Positions 31,028 through 41,430 of a stretch of 64,000 bases of DNA are shown here, in pieces. This DNA comes from a virus (taxonomy: Duplodnaviria > Caudoviricetes). The notes under the pieces are model-generated. The model had not been told where the DNA came from. It worked only from the letters and a program-made list of their open reading frames with translations, and did no database searches. The position numbers and the translations under genes are program-made. Within the stretch, counting starts at the first letter, position 1; each line of letters opens with the position of its first letter. The DNA lies in the IMG/VR virus record IMGVR_UViG_3300028242_000036, positions 1-64,000 of that record. One strand, given 5' to 3'.

Positions 31028-31367
31028 CCTTTCTAATGTCTACAATATCTTTAATTCTTTTGCTCAACCTTACATAACCATTGGCTATAGCATCATCTAC
31101 ATCAATAATGACTAATGCAGATTCTTCCATAAGCTCCTGCATTTCCTTGCTTGCGTGGCAATAACATTCTGCTATAACCGAATAATCAAATTTAATATGT
31201 CTTGTCGCTGCTAATTTCAAAAATTCTTTTTCAGTTTCAGACACATTAGAGTTTTCTATATTTTTAATAAGTGCATCATACTTTGTTTTATCTACTGCCT
31301 TGCTTTTCTTTTTAAGACCCTTTGGTGTATATTGTGGAATACATATTTTCTTAGTATATTTAGACAT
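31008..31367 (-). CDS. Conserved partner of the phage glycosyltransferase
   Basis: YTKKI..PQY.P...FLKLAATRH..FDY..IAECY.HAS.EMQELME.SALVIID; overlaps the GT gene. Confidence 0.6.
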   Translation of the reverse strand: MSKYTKKICIPQYTPKGLKKKSKAVDKTKYDALIKNIENSNVSETEKEFLKLAATRHIKFDYSVIAECYCHASKEMQELMEESALVIIDVDDAIANGYVRLSKRIKDIVDIRKDADGEK

Positions 31368-31396
31368 ACTAACTTCTCCTTTGTTCTTGTGTAATA

Positions 31397-31969
31397 TTAT
31401 TTTGTTTGTTTGTGATATACCTCATATCCCTTGATAATCTCATCAAGTGTTCTCGGTGTATACCTTATCCAATCCATCATACAACCTACATTGTATGCTC
31501 TCATAGGAATATCCTGAAGCTGTCTTGTTTCGTCTAACCAGCTCTCCATAATATTCCACTGATGTGAATTGTGAATATGACCATATAAATGAACACTATC
31601 TCTAAACTGACCATTCCAAAAAGGCATAGGATAATGACTCATAGTGACCTTTGTTGTGCCATCAACAACCTCGGCATAGTTTTCCATTCTATGAAAACAC
31701 TGATAAAATTCAATACCTGACTTATCGTGATTTCCTTTAATCAGGATTTTACGACCCTTAAGCTGTTTAATAATTTCAATAGTCTTATTTGTATCATACC
31801 AACTAATATCACCAAGAATATATACTGTATCTTCATTTGACACAACCCTATTCCAATTATCAATTAAAGCCTTATCCATTTCTTCCGTAGTTCTAAACGG
31901 TCTATTATCATATCTAATAATGTTTTTATGACCAAAATGAAGGTCACTAATATAAAAAATCTTGCTCAC
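31397..31969 (-). CDS. Calcineurin-like metallophosphoesterase
   Basis: SDLHFGH, LGDI, GNHD, HYP, GHIH. Confidence 0.9.
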   Translation of the reverse strand: MSKIFYISDLHFGHKNIIRYDNRPFRTTEEMDKALIDNWNRVVSNEDTVYILGDISWYDTNKTIEIIKQLKGRKILIKGNHDKSGIEFYQCFHRMENYAEVVDGTTKVTMSHYPMPFWNGQFRDSVHLYGHIHNSHQWNIMESWLDETRQLQDIPMRAYNVGCMMDWIRYTPRTLDEIIKGYEVYHKQTK

Positions 31970-31973
31970 AAAA

Positions 31974-32999
31974 TTACTCCTTTTCTACATACTTAATTTT
32001 ATATTTCATTAAAAAATTATAAGTTTTATTATTGGCATCAGCAGGGCTATCCTTTTCACCAAGCAAATTCCATTTGTCCCAAATAAAATATACATTTCTA
32101 TATTTACAAAACTTTTTGCATATTTCTTTAATATCTTCTTTGCTTTGGTCTTTATCAAGAGCTACAACAACATCACAATTAAGGCTTAATATTAACCCTA
32201 CTTGCTCATCAGTAATGTTGCTACCCCCAATAGCCAAACCTGTCCTATCACCCAAAGAAGCTCTAATCAATACACTTTTTTCGGCTTCAAACAGAACACA
32301 ATATCCTGCTTGTTGTATGTGTGCATAGTTTTCACAGAAACCATATACACATTTACCTTTTTTAAAGCCTTGATAACTCCAAAACTTTGGAATATCTAAC
32401 TCTTTGTATAAAGGTATTGATGTTCTACCGCTTAGTCCTACAATACCATTTTGATTACGCCAAGGTATGACTGTTCTTTTCCGTTGAAAGTCGTAGCATA
32501 ACCCAAACTCTCTACGAACCTTTTCGGTAATACGACCACCACAATAATCTTGATGAATACAATCACCAAAATCAGTTAAAATATCCTCATCATAAACATC
32601 AACATCATTGACCACACATTTGTGTTTAGATTTTAATTTCGAGGTGAAAATTGATAAGGGGTCGTGTTTGGGTTCACTTTTAGGTTTAACCTTTTTGTTA
32701 CTCCATTCAAGGTTGAGAGTTTTATGCAACCATTTTAAAGCAGATATAAAATCTATCTGTTTTAATCCCATTACAAGAGCAATAATATCTCCCTGTATCT
32801 TTTGACCTGTATACATTTCAACAGAAAGATTATCCTTATATACAATAATAGATTGTGGATTATCCCCTTCGGGTCTTGCACACGCAAAATACTTACCTTT
32901 ATCTTTGATATGATGACATAAAAGGGCAGTAAGAACTGTCTCAATTTTGTCATTGTTGATTATATATTCTTTCAACTCTTTAATGTCAATAGTTCTCAC
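31974..32999 (-). CDS. dnaG: DNA primase (TOPRIM)
   Basis: IPWRN, GRT, FEAEKS, ALDKD. Confidence 0.8.
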   Translation of the reverse strand: MRTIDIKELKEYIINNDKIETVLTALLCHHIKDKGKYFACARPEGDNPQSIIVYKDNLSVEMYTGQKIQGDIIALVMGLKQIDFISALKWLHKTLNLEWSNKKVKPKSEPKHDPLSIFTSKLKSKHKCVVNDVDVYDEDILTDFGDCIHQDYCGGRITEKVRREFGLCYDFQRKRTVIPWRNQNGIVGLSGRTSIPLYKELDIPKFWSYQGFKKGKCVYGFCENYAHIQQAGYCVLFEAEKSVLIRASLGDRTGLAIGGSNITDEQVGLILSLNCDVVVALDKDQSKEDIKEICKKFCKYRNVYFIWDKWNLLGEKDSPADANNKTYNFLMKYKIKYVEKE

Positions 33000-33023
33000 C
33001 GCCTTAACTTAATTACATATATT

Positions 33024-33067
33024 ATTATAATATTATTTTGTTTGTTTGTCAATGTGCATATTGCACA
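33024..33067 (-). promoter_or_regulatory. Class A promoter with adjacent palindrome TGTGCA-TAT-TGCACA
   Basis: TTGACA-17-TATAAT at 33024-33052; dyad at 33053-33067 abuts the -35 box. Confidence 0.8.
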
Positions 33068-33072
33068 AAGAT

Positions 33073-33456
33073 TTATTCTTTTTCCTTTAAAACTTTAGGT
33101 ATATAAAATCTCTTATTATGATATTGTTCTTGTCTCCTAACATCGCCCAATACCTGTGTAAGTTGCTTTATAACCTGCTTATTTTTTTGGTCATTCAGGA
33201 ACTTAATAATAGGCTCATATTCTTCAACTCTATCTTTGTAGTATCGTCTATCCTTACGATTCATAGCAAGCTTTGTAGCCACCTTATTTCTTTCTTCATA
33301 TCTTAAATCATCAAGTTCAAGACTATGCAGGTAATCTTGTGTAAGCTGTTCCTGTCTTTTCATTTCAGCCAAGCAGAAATTATAAGATGATTCTACTGAA
33401 GATAAAAAGTTAAGAAATTCACTAATATATTCTGAAGGGTTTTTAGGGTCAATCAT
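33073..33456 (-). CDS. Hypothetical coiled-coil protein
   Basis: QDYLHSLEL...RRYYKD...YIPKVL. Confidence 0.6.
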   Translation of the reverse strand: MIDPKNPSEYISEFLNFLSSVESSYNFCLAEMKRQEQLTQDYLHSLELDDLRYEERNKVATKLAMNRKDRRYYKDRVEEYEPIIKFLNDQKNKQVIKQLTQVLGDVRRQEQYHNKRFYIPKVLKEKE

Positions 33457-33489
33457 TTTGTTTCTCTCCTTAAAATTTAAATTTAATTT

Positions 33490-33867
33490 TTAAAAATATT
33501 CAGGCAACCAATCTGAATTTTCTTCACACCATTCCACAAAAGCTTGTTTCCTTTGGTTTTTATATTCTTCAGATTTTCGCTTTGATAATTCCATATTATC
33601 TTGAATATATTGCCACATTAGTTTTTTAAGAGGGGGTGGCATTTTAATACCAGTATTACGATTTATAATTATTCCTGCCTTTAATTGTTTTTCAGTTGCA
33701 ATCAAATATTGTGGCATCTCCCACTTACCATTGGTAAATCTAATAAGACAATCTTGACACCAATATTCTTCGTGTAATAAATCAGGATAATCCAAATCCC
33801 AACCACCAATACTATAATACTCATATGAATTATCTCTCATTTCTTTATTGCAATTAGGACATTTCAT
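33490..33867 (-). CDS. Hypothetical zinc-ribbon protein
   Basis: CPNC...CQDC. Confidence 0.55.
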   Translation of the reverse strand: MKCPNCNKEMRDNSYEYYSIGGWDLDYPDLLHEEYWCQDCLIRFTNGKWEMPQYLIATEKQLKAGIIINRNTGIKMPPPLKKLMWQYIQDNMELSKRKSEEYKNQRKQAFVEWCEENSDWLPEYF

Positions 33868-33879
33868 ATTTTGTACCTC

Positions 33880-34803
33880 TTAATGTGCGTTCTTATCTGC
33901 TTCGTGAAGTAACATTATATCCTTATATAAATCCTCACCCCAAAGTTTACGATATTTGTTTAATGTTTTTTCTTCTTTAATAAAATACGGTTGCATATGC
34001 CAACGAATAAGAGTTGCAACAGTTAACGAGCTTATATCATCAGTTCCCCAAAAGAAACTATTATATGAACCTGTATACTGATGGTCGTAATAGTGTGCCT
34101 CTTTAGTGGTTTCACCTTTTGTGTTTTTAAATGTTTTACAGAAAGGTTTGCCACAATCGTGTAACATTGTAGCACATCTTAATGCAACATTATGAAGCTC
34201 ATAATCCTTTTGATGTGTAGAAACATAATCCCAAGCTTTATTACAATGTTCACCAAGAGTTAATTGATGATGTGAGTTATGTTGGTCATCAAATTTATAA
34301 TGATTTAAGAAACCATAAGGTGTACCATAATATTTTTTATGTGTTTCATCAATATAAATAACTTCAATATCATCCCAACCCTCATACCAATAAGGCACAT
34401 CGAAATGTCTATACATTCTTTCAATAACCTCTTCGGGAACTTTTCTATCTCTATAAAATCTGTTATTCTTTAAACACACTTCGTAAGGTGTAGCCATAAA
34501 AATACAAATCTTTTCACAAGGAATTTTATTAAGTTCATTTAAGAAAGCCATACGGCGTTTATAGTTAATATTGGTTGCATCATATATACAATTTTTACCG
34601 TTTGTTAAATCCTCTTTAACACGGCTATGTAAGGTTTTAAATACCAAATCATTAATATTCTGATTGTTAATATTTCCCGACAGCTCTTCTCTAATAGCAT
34701 CACTTGCGTGAATATTGGCATCGTATTTGTCGGCAAGCTCTTTAGCATAGGTTGATTTACCGCTTGCAGGTAAACCTACGAGCATAATAAATGTAGGTGT
34801 CAT
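33880..34803 (-). CDS. Polynucleotide-kinase-like P-loop plus HD-domain protein (RNA end healing)
   Basis: GLPASGKST, YDATN, MLHDCGKP, WHM, LHEADKNAH. Confidence 0.85.
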   Translation of the reverse strand: MTPTFIMLVGLPASGKSTYAKELADKYDANIHASDAIREELSGNINNQNINDLVFKTLHSRVKEDLTNGKNCIYDATNINYKRRMAFLNELNKIPCEKICIFMATPYEVCLKNNRFYRDRKVPEEVIERMYRHFDVPYWYEGWDDIEVIYIDETHKKYYGTPYGFLNHYKFDDQHNSHHQLTLGEHCNKAWDYVSTHQKDYELHNVALRCATMLHDCGKPFCKTFKNTKGETTKEAHYYDHQYTGSYNSFFWGTDDISSLTVATLIRWHMQPYFIKEEKTLNKYRKLWGEDLYKDIMLLHEADKNAH

Positions 34804-34805
34804 AT

Positions 34806-35012
34806 TTAACCTTCTTTCTTAAATACATTTTCAAATTGTTCTGTATATATGACAATGATTCTACTGTCATATTCACCACTTCTTATCTTTTTCCAAACTT
34901 CTTTTTCAGAGATAGCGTTTTTATTAAATATGGCTGTCTTTTCTACTTCGTAAGAACCGCCTACTGTTTCAGTAAAATCCATTCTCATAATATCTTCTAA
35001 TATCCAAGTCAT
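34806..35012 (-). CDS. Hypothetical protein
   Basis: ORF track. Confidence 0.45.
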   Translation of the reverse strand: MTWILEDIMRMDFTETVGGSYEVEKTAIFNKNAISEKEVWKKIRSGEYDSRIIVIYTEQFENVFKKEG

Positions 35013-35015
35013 ATC

Positions 35016-35822
35016 TTACTCTCCAATCTCTTTTTTAAATGAAAATTTTAAAACTTCAATAAGAACATTATTCATAATATCCTCAACCTCTGTATCAATA
35101 ACAACAGGGTTCTTATCCATATAGTCTTGCTTTGTAAGCTTAACAAGACATTCAACATTCTTTGCTATCTGCCTTGCCTCTTCTAACGAATGGATATATT
35201 CAGATTTAACATTGATTAAATACTGAGGATTAGTAGGAATAAGACATTCTTCATAAGGTACACCGTTGATATATCTTCTTAAAAATTCTTCACATCTTAA
35301 AATATGATGAAGCTGTTTATTGTCATATCCGTACTTCTCAATCTTATCTTTAAGTGTAGGATAAGGATGTTCCATTGCTTTATGTTTTTCAAATACCATA
35401 CCTGCAATACAGTTTACAGAAGCATAATTATTATAATGAGCAATACGCTCTCTATTATCAAACATAGGCTGATAAATTTCTTTGTAATCAACATTTAAAC
35501 ATCTATACTTGGTAAACAAGATTTCAATAAAATTGATGTTCTGCTTGCGGAAACATTCGTGCATAAGCCTAATATCTTTTAAATCAATATGTTCATTTGA
35601 AGGAAGAATTAAGGTTGTACTTACAGGCTTACGGTTAAGCACAAAATCTTCAAATGACGGAATAATAATTGCTTTAGTATCAATATCACTACCCTCATAA
35701 TCAAGATTATAGTTCTGAGAGCCTTGCAGAAATACACCAAGCACATTATAACCAAGACTTTTAACATATTTATAATCATCAAAAAGTCTCCAATTTATTT
35801 TTGTCTCTCGTTCTAATGTCAT
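35016..35822 (-). CDS. Pol-beta-superfamily nucleotidyltransferase
   Basis: LQGSQNYNLDYEGSDIDTK (GS...DxD). Confidence 0.8.
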   Translation of the reverse strand: MTLERETKINWRLFDDYKYVKSLGYNVLGVFLQGSQNYNLDYEGSDIDTKAIIIPSFEDFVLNRKPVSTTLILPSNEHIDLKDIRLMHECFRKQNINFIEILFTKYRCLNVDYKEIYQPMFDNRERIAHYNNYASVNCIAGMVFEKHKAMEHPYPTLKDKIEKYGYDNKQLHHILRCEEFLRRYINGVPYEECLIPTNPQYLINVKSEYIHSLEEARQIAKNVECLVKLTKQDYMDKNPVVIDTEVEDIMNNVLIEVLKFSFKKEIGE

Positions 35823-35856
35823 ATCGTTAACTCCTTTGTTTCATATTACATTTATT

Positions 35857-35885
35857 ATTATAATATTATTTTATTCATTTGTCAA
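35857..35885 (-). promoter_or_regulatory. Class A promoter
   Basis: TTGACA-17-TATAAT with AAAATAATAT spacer. Confidence 0.8.
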
Positions 35886-35981
35886 GATATGTCAGTCATA
35901 TTCTACCTTTTGCATAAAAATAATAAAAGAAACAATATGATATTTGTGCAATTTGTACATCAATATTGTTTCTTTAATTTA

Positions 35982-36182
35982 TTATTCAACTACTATTAAT
36001 CTTTCCTTAATACAATCAATGCAAAGTTCTTCGCTCTCAAATTCATAAAGCTCGTCTACTTCGTCTTTGCACTCATCACAGATATATACTCTTTGATTTT
36101 GTAACGGACAGTTGTTACCAAGGCAAGGATATGCAGGAACGGCACAGTCGCAACATTCATTTCTTATTTCAATCATTATCAC
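35982..36182 (-). CDS. Small Cys-rich zinc-binding protein
   Basis: ECCDC...CDEC...CIDC. Confidence 0.6.
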   Translation of the reverse strand: MIMIEIRNECCDCAVPAYPCLGNNCPLQNQRVYICDECKDEVDELYEFESEELCIDCIKERLIVVE

Positions 36183-36712
36183 ACTCTCCTAAAAATACTA
36201 TCATTTGCAGGTTGAAAATCTTCCATCCATTCTCTATGTATCACATTAAATCCTTGTGTTTTTTCTGTATATAAATTGTCAAATACATAAAGTCGGTTAC
36301 TTGCTAATTGACAAATATCTTTTCTATCCTTAATACCATCAAACACTAACGCATCTGCTTTTGTTTTTATTGATATACTTATACCGTCAATATCTCTTAT
36401 GGTGTTGTACTGTAGATATTTAGCAAGTTCCACAGCATTTGTATAAACATAAATGTTTTTGATATTCTTATATTTATGTTTATAATATGTGGCAATTTCA
36501 CAAGGATTTGTAAAAGCAAAAGGTTCTCCACCTGTTAAGCAAAGTGTTTCAGCTTCTTTTAATTCCTCATCGGTCACATAGGGTATATCGTTTAAATCAT
36601 ATTGCTTATTACAACAATGTTTACAACTTCTACTACATAAAGATGTTACCATTATGTGAATTATTTTTTTGGTGATTTCAGTTTTTTCATTCAATTTTGT
36701 TCTCTGTGTCAT
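36179..36712 (-). CDS. Small radical SAM protein
   Basis: CSRSCKHCC (CxxxCxxC), LTGGEP, YTN. Confidence 0.85.
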   Translation of the reverse strand: MTQRTKLNEKTEITKKIIHIMVTSLCSRSCKHCCNKQYDLNDIPYVTDEELKEAETLCLTGGEPFAFTNPCEIATYYKHKYKNIKNIYVYTNAVELAKYLQYNTIRDIDGISISIKTKADALVFDGIKDRKDICQLASNRLYVFDNLYTEKTQGFNVIHREWMEDFQPANDSIFRRV

Positions 36713-36718
36713 ACTAAA

Positions 36719-37054
36719 TCACCCACCATTTCTTTTACTTTGAATTTCTATAAGAAGCTCTTCCACATTATCTCGCCATTGGTCAGCTAAATTTTGTTTT
36801 TCGGCTACCAAATCTTCTAACCTCTCAATCTCTGCCTTTTGGTGGTTGAATACATTGAAAACCTCTCGTTCTAAATCAAATCCTTTTGTTCTTATAATAC
36901 ATTCATCTTCAATTTGACAAGGACAATTATCACATCCACCAAAGTCACTTATATTACAACAAGCATAAGCCTGAATAATCTGTTCATCTGTCATTCTTGG
37001 TGTATCATTATCAATATGACCGTCAATTAAACTTACACTACCCATTATCAACAC
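36719..37054 (-). CDS. Hypothetical protein
   Basis: CDNCPC and a coiled coil. Confidence 0.55.
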   Translation of the reverse strand: MLIMGSVSLIDGHIDNDTPRMTDEQIIQAYACCNISDFGGCDNCPCQIEDECIIRTKGFDLEREVFNVFNHQKAEIERLEDLVAEKQNLADQWRDNVEELLIEIQSKRNGG

Positions 37055-37191
37055 CTTCTTTCTTATTACCTACATACTTTTCTTTTTGTTGCTGTTTGCT
37101 TAATTTACGATTAAGTATTCGGTCAACTCTTGTTTCACCGTATTTATCGGGACAGTATTCTCTTTGTTCATAACGCTCACGAAGCTTAAAA

Positions 37192-37611
37192 TCAAGGTCT
37201 TTCATTAGCACCATCCATTTTTGCACCACAGTTAGGGCAGTAGTTCATTCCTACTTCGTCGAGATTAGCAACTGCAAAACTACATAAGTTACATCTATAT
37301 GCCTTATCACCTATTAGCGTATATCCAAAGTAATGCCACTCACCGTGTCTAACCTCAACCATATCAACACTCTCAATCGTTTCAATAACCTTTACAGCTT
37401 TAATTTTACCGCTTTCAAGAAGCTCTTCCCCTCTATACCAAGATTTACGGAAAGAGGCTTCTGCTTTATTCTTGCCAAGATATGTCTTGATAGCTGTATT
37501 ACCAATGTTGTCTATGGGTTTAAATTCATAGTTTCTTGCTAAACCACAGAATATATCGGTATCGTCACGAATAATTACCCATCGTTCTCTTGATATTTTC
37601 ATAATTATCAC
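37192..37611 (-). CDS. Hypothetical protein with C-terminal zinc ribbon
   Basis: VRHGEW...CNLC...YCPNCGAKMD. Confidence 0.6.
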   Translation of the reverse strand: MIIMKISRERWVIIRDDTDIFCGLARNYEFKPIDNIGNTAIKTYLGKNKAEASFRKSWYRGEELLESGKIKAVKVIETIESVDMVEVRHGEWHYFGYTLIGDKAYRCNLCSFAVANLDEVGMNYCPNCGAKMDGANERP

Positions 37612-37614
37612 CCC

Positions 37615-38013
37615 TTATTCAATAAAAGGTAGATTCATATAAATATCACTCGGCACATTATTTTTCCAAACATAGTTATTTTTAATAATATAATTATTGT
37701 AAGTAGAAGCTGTCTTATTAGCTCTCATTTTTGCCTGTTCAGCCCAAGACTGCTTTTCTTCATTATCACTATCTTTATACTGCTCGTAGGTCATCTTGTC
37801 AGAGTTATAACTTGAAATCATAGAACGACAAGTATCTTCAACCTTTTTACGAGTTTCATAATTGGTGTTATCATCTGCTACCTGAACAGCGTGAAACCAA
37901 GTATTCCACATTGCCTTGCCTGTCGGTGTTGCATTAAAGAATATAGACGAACCGACAAGAGCCACAAGAACAAGTGTAAGTATAACTGCACCAATCTTAT
38001 TCATTTGTTGCAC
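37615..38013 (-). CDS. Membrane-anchored hypothetical protein
   Basis: N-terminal TM helix. Confidence 0.65.
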   Translation of the reverse strand: MQQMNKIGAVILTLVLVALVGSSIFFNATPTGKAMWNTWFHAVQVADDNTNYETRKKVEDTCRSMISSYNSDKMTYEQYKDSDNEEKQSWAEQAKMRANKTASTYNNYIIKNNYVWKNNVPSDIYMNLPFIE

Positions 38014-38575
38014 CTACCTTTAATACAGGATTTTCAACCTCAAAGGGAATATCTGAATAGAGATAAGTTCCTGTCCATTCGATATACTTACCGTCAGGTG
38101 TAAAGAAGAAAATACCTGCATCATTTTCACCGTATGAACCGTCAACATCGGAAAGCCATTCATTGTAATATGTGCTTGTTGCACCTGTGGCTATTTCGTA
38201 ATATTCAGTATCAGGTGTAAGAAACGAATTAAGACTTGACACCTTACCGTCAACTACAAAATTGCTTATAACCGCACCACTTTCACCAAAAAGAACGATA
38301 TAACCTAAAGGCTTTTCTACTTCACAAGGCAGTGCATTTGCCTTTTCTCTCTGTCCATTTACCCAATATGCTCTACGGATAAGATTATATCTTTCAAGAG
38401 AATAATTAATATCTGTAGGGGTGGGCTGATTTGTTGAAAGCTTGTCAGCTATTGCGATTGTTGATTCCTTATCGTCTCTTCTGCCCGAAACTGAATCGCA
38501 AGCTACAAAACAGAATGATACCATAATTGCTACTAATACTACTGCGATAATCTTTTTCATTATTAATTCCTCCAA
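37997..38575 (-). CDS. Lipoprotein
   Basis: MKKIIAVVLVAIMVSFCFVAC signal peptide with lipobox. Confidence 0.75.
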   Translation of the reverse strand: MEELIMKKIIAVVLVAIMVSFCFVACDSVSGRRDDKESTIAIADKLSTNQPTPTDINYSLERYNLIRRAYWVNGQREKANALPCEVEKPLGYIVLFGESGAVISNFVVDGKVSSLNSFLTPDTEYYEIATGATSTYYNEWLSDVDGSYGENDAGIFFFTPDGKYIEWTGTYLYSDIPFEVENPVLKVGATNE

Positions 38576-38598
38576 TATTTTAAATTTAAATTTTAATT

Positions 38599-39222
38599 TT
38601 AGTTCATTAATGTCTTATACTGATTAAGCATTTCTTTGAGTTCAGGACTCTTTTCAGCCATCATTTCATACAGAGCAAGTTCCTGCATTTCCTTCATCTT
38701 TTTGTCCATCTCACTCTTCAGCTTCTTAGCTTCTTCTCTGTTCTTCTTACGCTGTTCAAAGTAATAAAAGTTAATAGGAGAAATAATTTCCTTAGTTATC
38801 TCAACACCGTCATATTCGTCTTTGTTAATAATTTCAATCACTTTACCGACACTATATCCGTGTGCTGTATCACAAAGTACATATTCATCTACACTGATAT
38901 AATCTTCAAACAGTGCAAAAGCATACTTCTTATCTGTGTTTGTTCCCTGTACAAATTTAACCATTGCTACTCTATAATTTCCTGTAATCATTTCGTTGTC
39001 TCCTTTATCTGTAATATTATTTTCTTCGTTATATAACTTTAAAGAGTTTGCATTATAAGTTCTTTTAAGTCCACCATTAAACTTTACGGTGATGTAAGTA
39101 TCATTGCTCCAATAACCCTTGCTAATGTTATCAACCACGCCTACCCATCCGCTTGTTTGACATTGGCTTGTAACAAGAACTTTATCACCTATTTGAAATG
39201 TCTTAATATACATTTTTCCCAT
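38599..39222 (-). CDS. Hypothetical protein (SH3/KOW-like N-terminus)
   Basis: FQIGDKV...GVV. Confidence 0.6.
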   Translation of the reverse strand: MGKMYIKTFQIGDKVLVTSQCQTSGWVGVVDNISKGYWSNDTYITVKFNGGLKRTYNANSLKLYNEENNITDKGDNEMITGNYRVAMVKFVQGTNTDKKYAFALFEDYISVDEYVLCDTAHGYSVGKVIEIINKDEYDGVEITKEIISPINFYYFEQRKKNREEAKKLKSEMDKKMKEMQELALYEMMAEKSPELKEMLNQYKTLMN

Positions 39223-39228
39223 TACACA

Positions 39229-40698
39229 TTACTCACTTTCTACAATTTCCTGTGCCTCTTCCATATCGGCTTCAGTAGCACTATCCTTTACAATTCCTTC
39301 GAGAACCTTAAAGGTGAAATTCTTATGCTTATAAGCAGTAAACTTAGGTCTGTTTTCAATTCTTACAACTACACCCTCACGCCAATGGGTCTTGCCAATG
39401 GGGTCAACACCATCATAATAATATTCTGCTATATCTTTTACAAATTCGCCAGCTTCTATGGTAATGGGTTCACCCATATCTGTATAAAATACATCATTAG
39501 GAATAATAAATCTTTTAAGCATAGGTACAACCTTAACACCCATCTGTTCACAACGATACTTCATATAATCATAAGGGTATTCAACTACCTCACCATCTTC
39601 ATTGGTCATAGTCATACGATATACATAAATATCTGACTGAGGTTCACAACGACCAAGATTATATCCACCATTCTTATCGTTCCAACCATTAGGTTCACAA
39701 CCATAACTAAATATAGTTTCATCACCATACTTCTTAACAAATTCCTTATCGTTAAGCTTCTTATTACTTACCGTAGGCATAATAGGTGTGCCTGTATCTG
39801 TAAATCCAACTACCTCATAGAATACCTCTTCGCCCTTATGTAACTTGCCTACAAACTTATTGTGGTGCTGTTCTCTAAATGAGTTATTACCATAATAGCC
39901 ACCGTCATAGCTTTCAAGAACAGTTCTTCTTGTACCTGATACATAATCCCAATCGTAAATAGGAGTTGCTCGCTTTATAATCCAATCATAGATTTTAGTA
40001 TCCCAAGGCATCATTTTGCCACCATTCTGTTCTTCGTACTTCTTAGCTCCCTCTGTAAACCACTTTTCAAAAGGAGTCTTGTATTTATAACCCTTAAATA
40101 CAGGCAGATAACCTGTTCTCTGTGAAGTACCGTGTAGCTTCAGTGTAATTTCAACAATGTCTCCTGCCTTAAAAGCGTGTAGATTATATGCAAGCTGTGC
40201 AGTGTCAATATGCTCTTCAAAATAAGGAGAGATAACCACTTTCCTTCTCTTGTTTGAGTTGCCTGTTGAATAACTATTGCTTCTATGATTTGTCTTAGGA
40301 ATATACTTTTCACAAATCAGTACACCATTAAGAGTTGTAATTGTATCACCCTCATTAAGTGTCTTAATATCAACATAATCAGCAAGGCTTTCAAGTGGCA
40401 TAAACAAACCGTCTGACTGTTCACCACGAAGCTTCAGAGCCTTAATGTTCCTCTTTTCGGGGTCAAGATAACCACCAACATTATTACCATTTTCGTCTTT
40501 TCTTCGTACAAGATTATGCTTATTTGCAAAGTCCTCACTGAGCTTACCATCTACAGGGAAATATACACCTAACTGATTTTCGGTATAATCAAGGCTTACA
40601 ATAACATTGTTACCAAAACATTCACCACAAAGCAAACGGTCAGCGTTGTGATGGGGTCTTACATTTCTTAATCTTGTAATATATCCACAATATGCCAT
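39229..40698 (-). CDS. ATP-grasp RNA ligase (Rnl2/DRB0094-like)
   Basis: VRPHHNADRL N-terminal OB; TLKLHGTS (KxxG), FYEVVG, REGVVVR, KHKN.TFK. Confidence 0.85.
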   Translation of the reverse strand: MAYCGYITRLRNVRPHHNADRLLCGECFGNNVIVSLDYTENQLGVYFPVDGKLSEDFANKHNLVRRKDENGNNVGGYLDPEKRNIKALKLRGEQSDGLFMPLESLADYVDIKTLNEGDTITTLNGVLICEKYIPKTNHRSNSYSTGNSNKRRKVVISPYFEEHIDTAQLAYNLHAFKAGDIVEITLKLHGTSQRTGYLPVFKGYKYKTPFEKWFTEGAKKYEEQNGGKMMPWDTKIYDWIIKRATPIYDWDYVSGTRRTVLESYDGGYYGNNSFREQHHNKFVGKLHKGEEVFYEVVGFTDTGTPIMPTVSNKKLNDKEFVKKYGDETIFSYGCEPNGWNDKNGGYNLGRCEPQSDIYVYRMTMTNEDGEVVEYPYDYMKYRCEQMGVKVVPMLKRFIIPNDVFYTDMGEPITIEAGEFVKDIAEYYYDGVDPIGKTHWREGVVVRIENRPKFTAYKHKNFTFKVLEGIVKDSATEADMEEAQEIVESE

Positions 40699-40730
40699 TA
40701 TTTTATCTCCTATCTTTTTAAAATTTAATT

Positions 40731-41240
40731 TTAATTTTCTGAAACAATTTCTACTTTATAGCCAAGTTCTTTTTCGATTTCGGCTACTGTCATTTTCTTA
40801 ACAGGTTCTTTGGGTCGTTCCCAAATAAGAGTGAGGTTTTTATCGTCAAAATAAGAGCTTAAAGATAAAGCCTTTGATGTATATACTTTATTAATAGTTG
40901 ATTCATTATAACGACATTCGAGCGTATCTGTGTAAGCACTCACCGCTGTATAACAATGTGTACCCCTAAAAGCACCATTTATTAGCACTTTTCTTTTACC
41001 ATTACTACACTCAACCACCATACCGTCTTTAAGGTCTGACTTGGTAAAAGGTGCTAATTCAAGTTCATCGTCACTCCACCACCAAGGATTTCGTGGAAAA
41101 TTATAAGAGTAATTATCATTTTCTCGTATTGCTACAATGGTAAAAATTTGTCCAATGTATTGTGCTTTTGGTAGATAGTCACTTGCTTTTAAAGGTAATG
41201 ATTTAACAATTCTAACCCTATCTCCAATTTTAAATTTCAT
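40731..41240 (-). CDS. Hypothetical protein
   Basis: MKFKIGDRV; C-terminal MTVAEIEKELGYKVEIV. Confidence 0.6.
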   Translation of the reverse strand: MKFKIGDRVRIVKSLPLKASDYLPKAQYIGQIFTIVAIRENDNYSYNFPRNPWWWSDDELELAPFTKSDLKDGMVVECSNGKRKVLINGAFRGTHCYTAVSAYTDTLECRYNESTINKVYTSKALSLSSYFDDKNLTLIWERPKEPVKKMTVAEIEKELGYKVEIVSEN

Positions 41241-41291
41241 TTTTAATTCTTCCTTTCCGTATTTGTTATTTCTTTCCTTAACTGTATCTTT

Positions 41292-41320
41292 ATTATAATA
41301 TTATTTTGTTGATTTGTCAA
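41292..41320 (-). promoter_or_regulatory. Class A promoter
   Basis: TTGACA-17-TATAAT with conserved spacer. Confidence 0.8.
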
Positions 41321-41430
41321 TGGTTTCGGGTGATTTTTTACAGGTTTTACCATTTGCACAAAAATAAAAAGAATGATAATTTAATTTTGTATAATATGTA
41401 CATACTAATTAAATATCATTCCTTTTTGTT

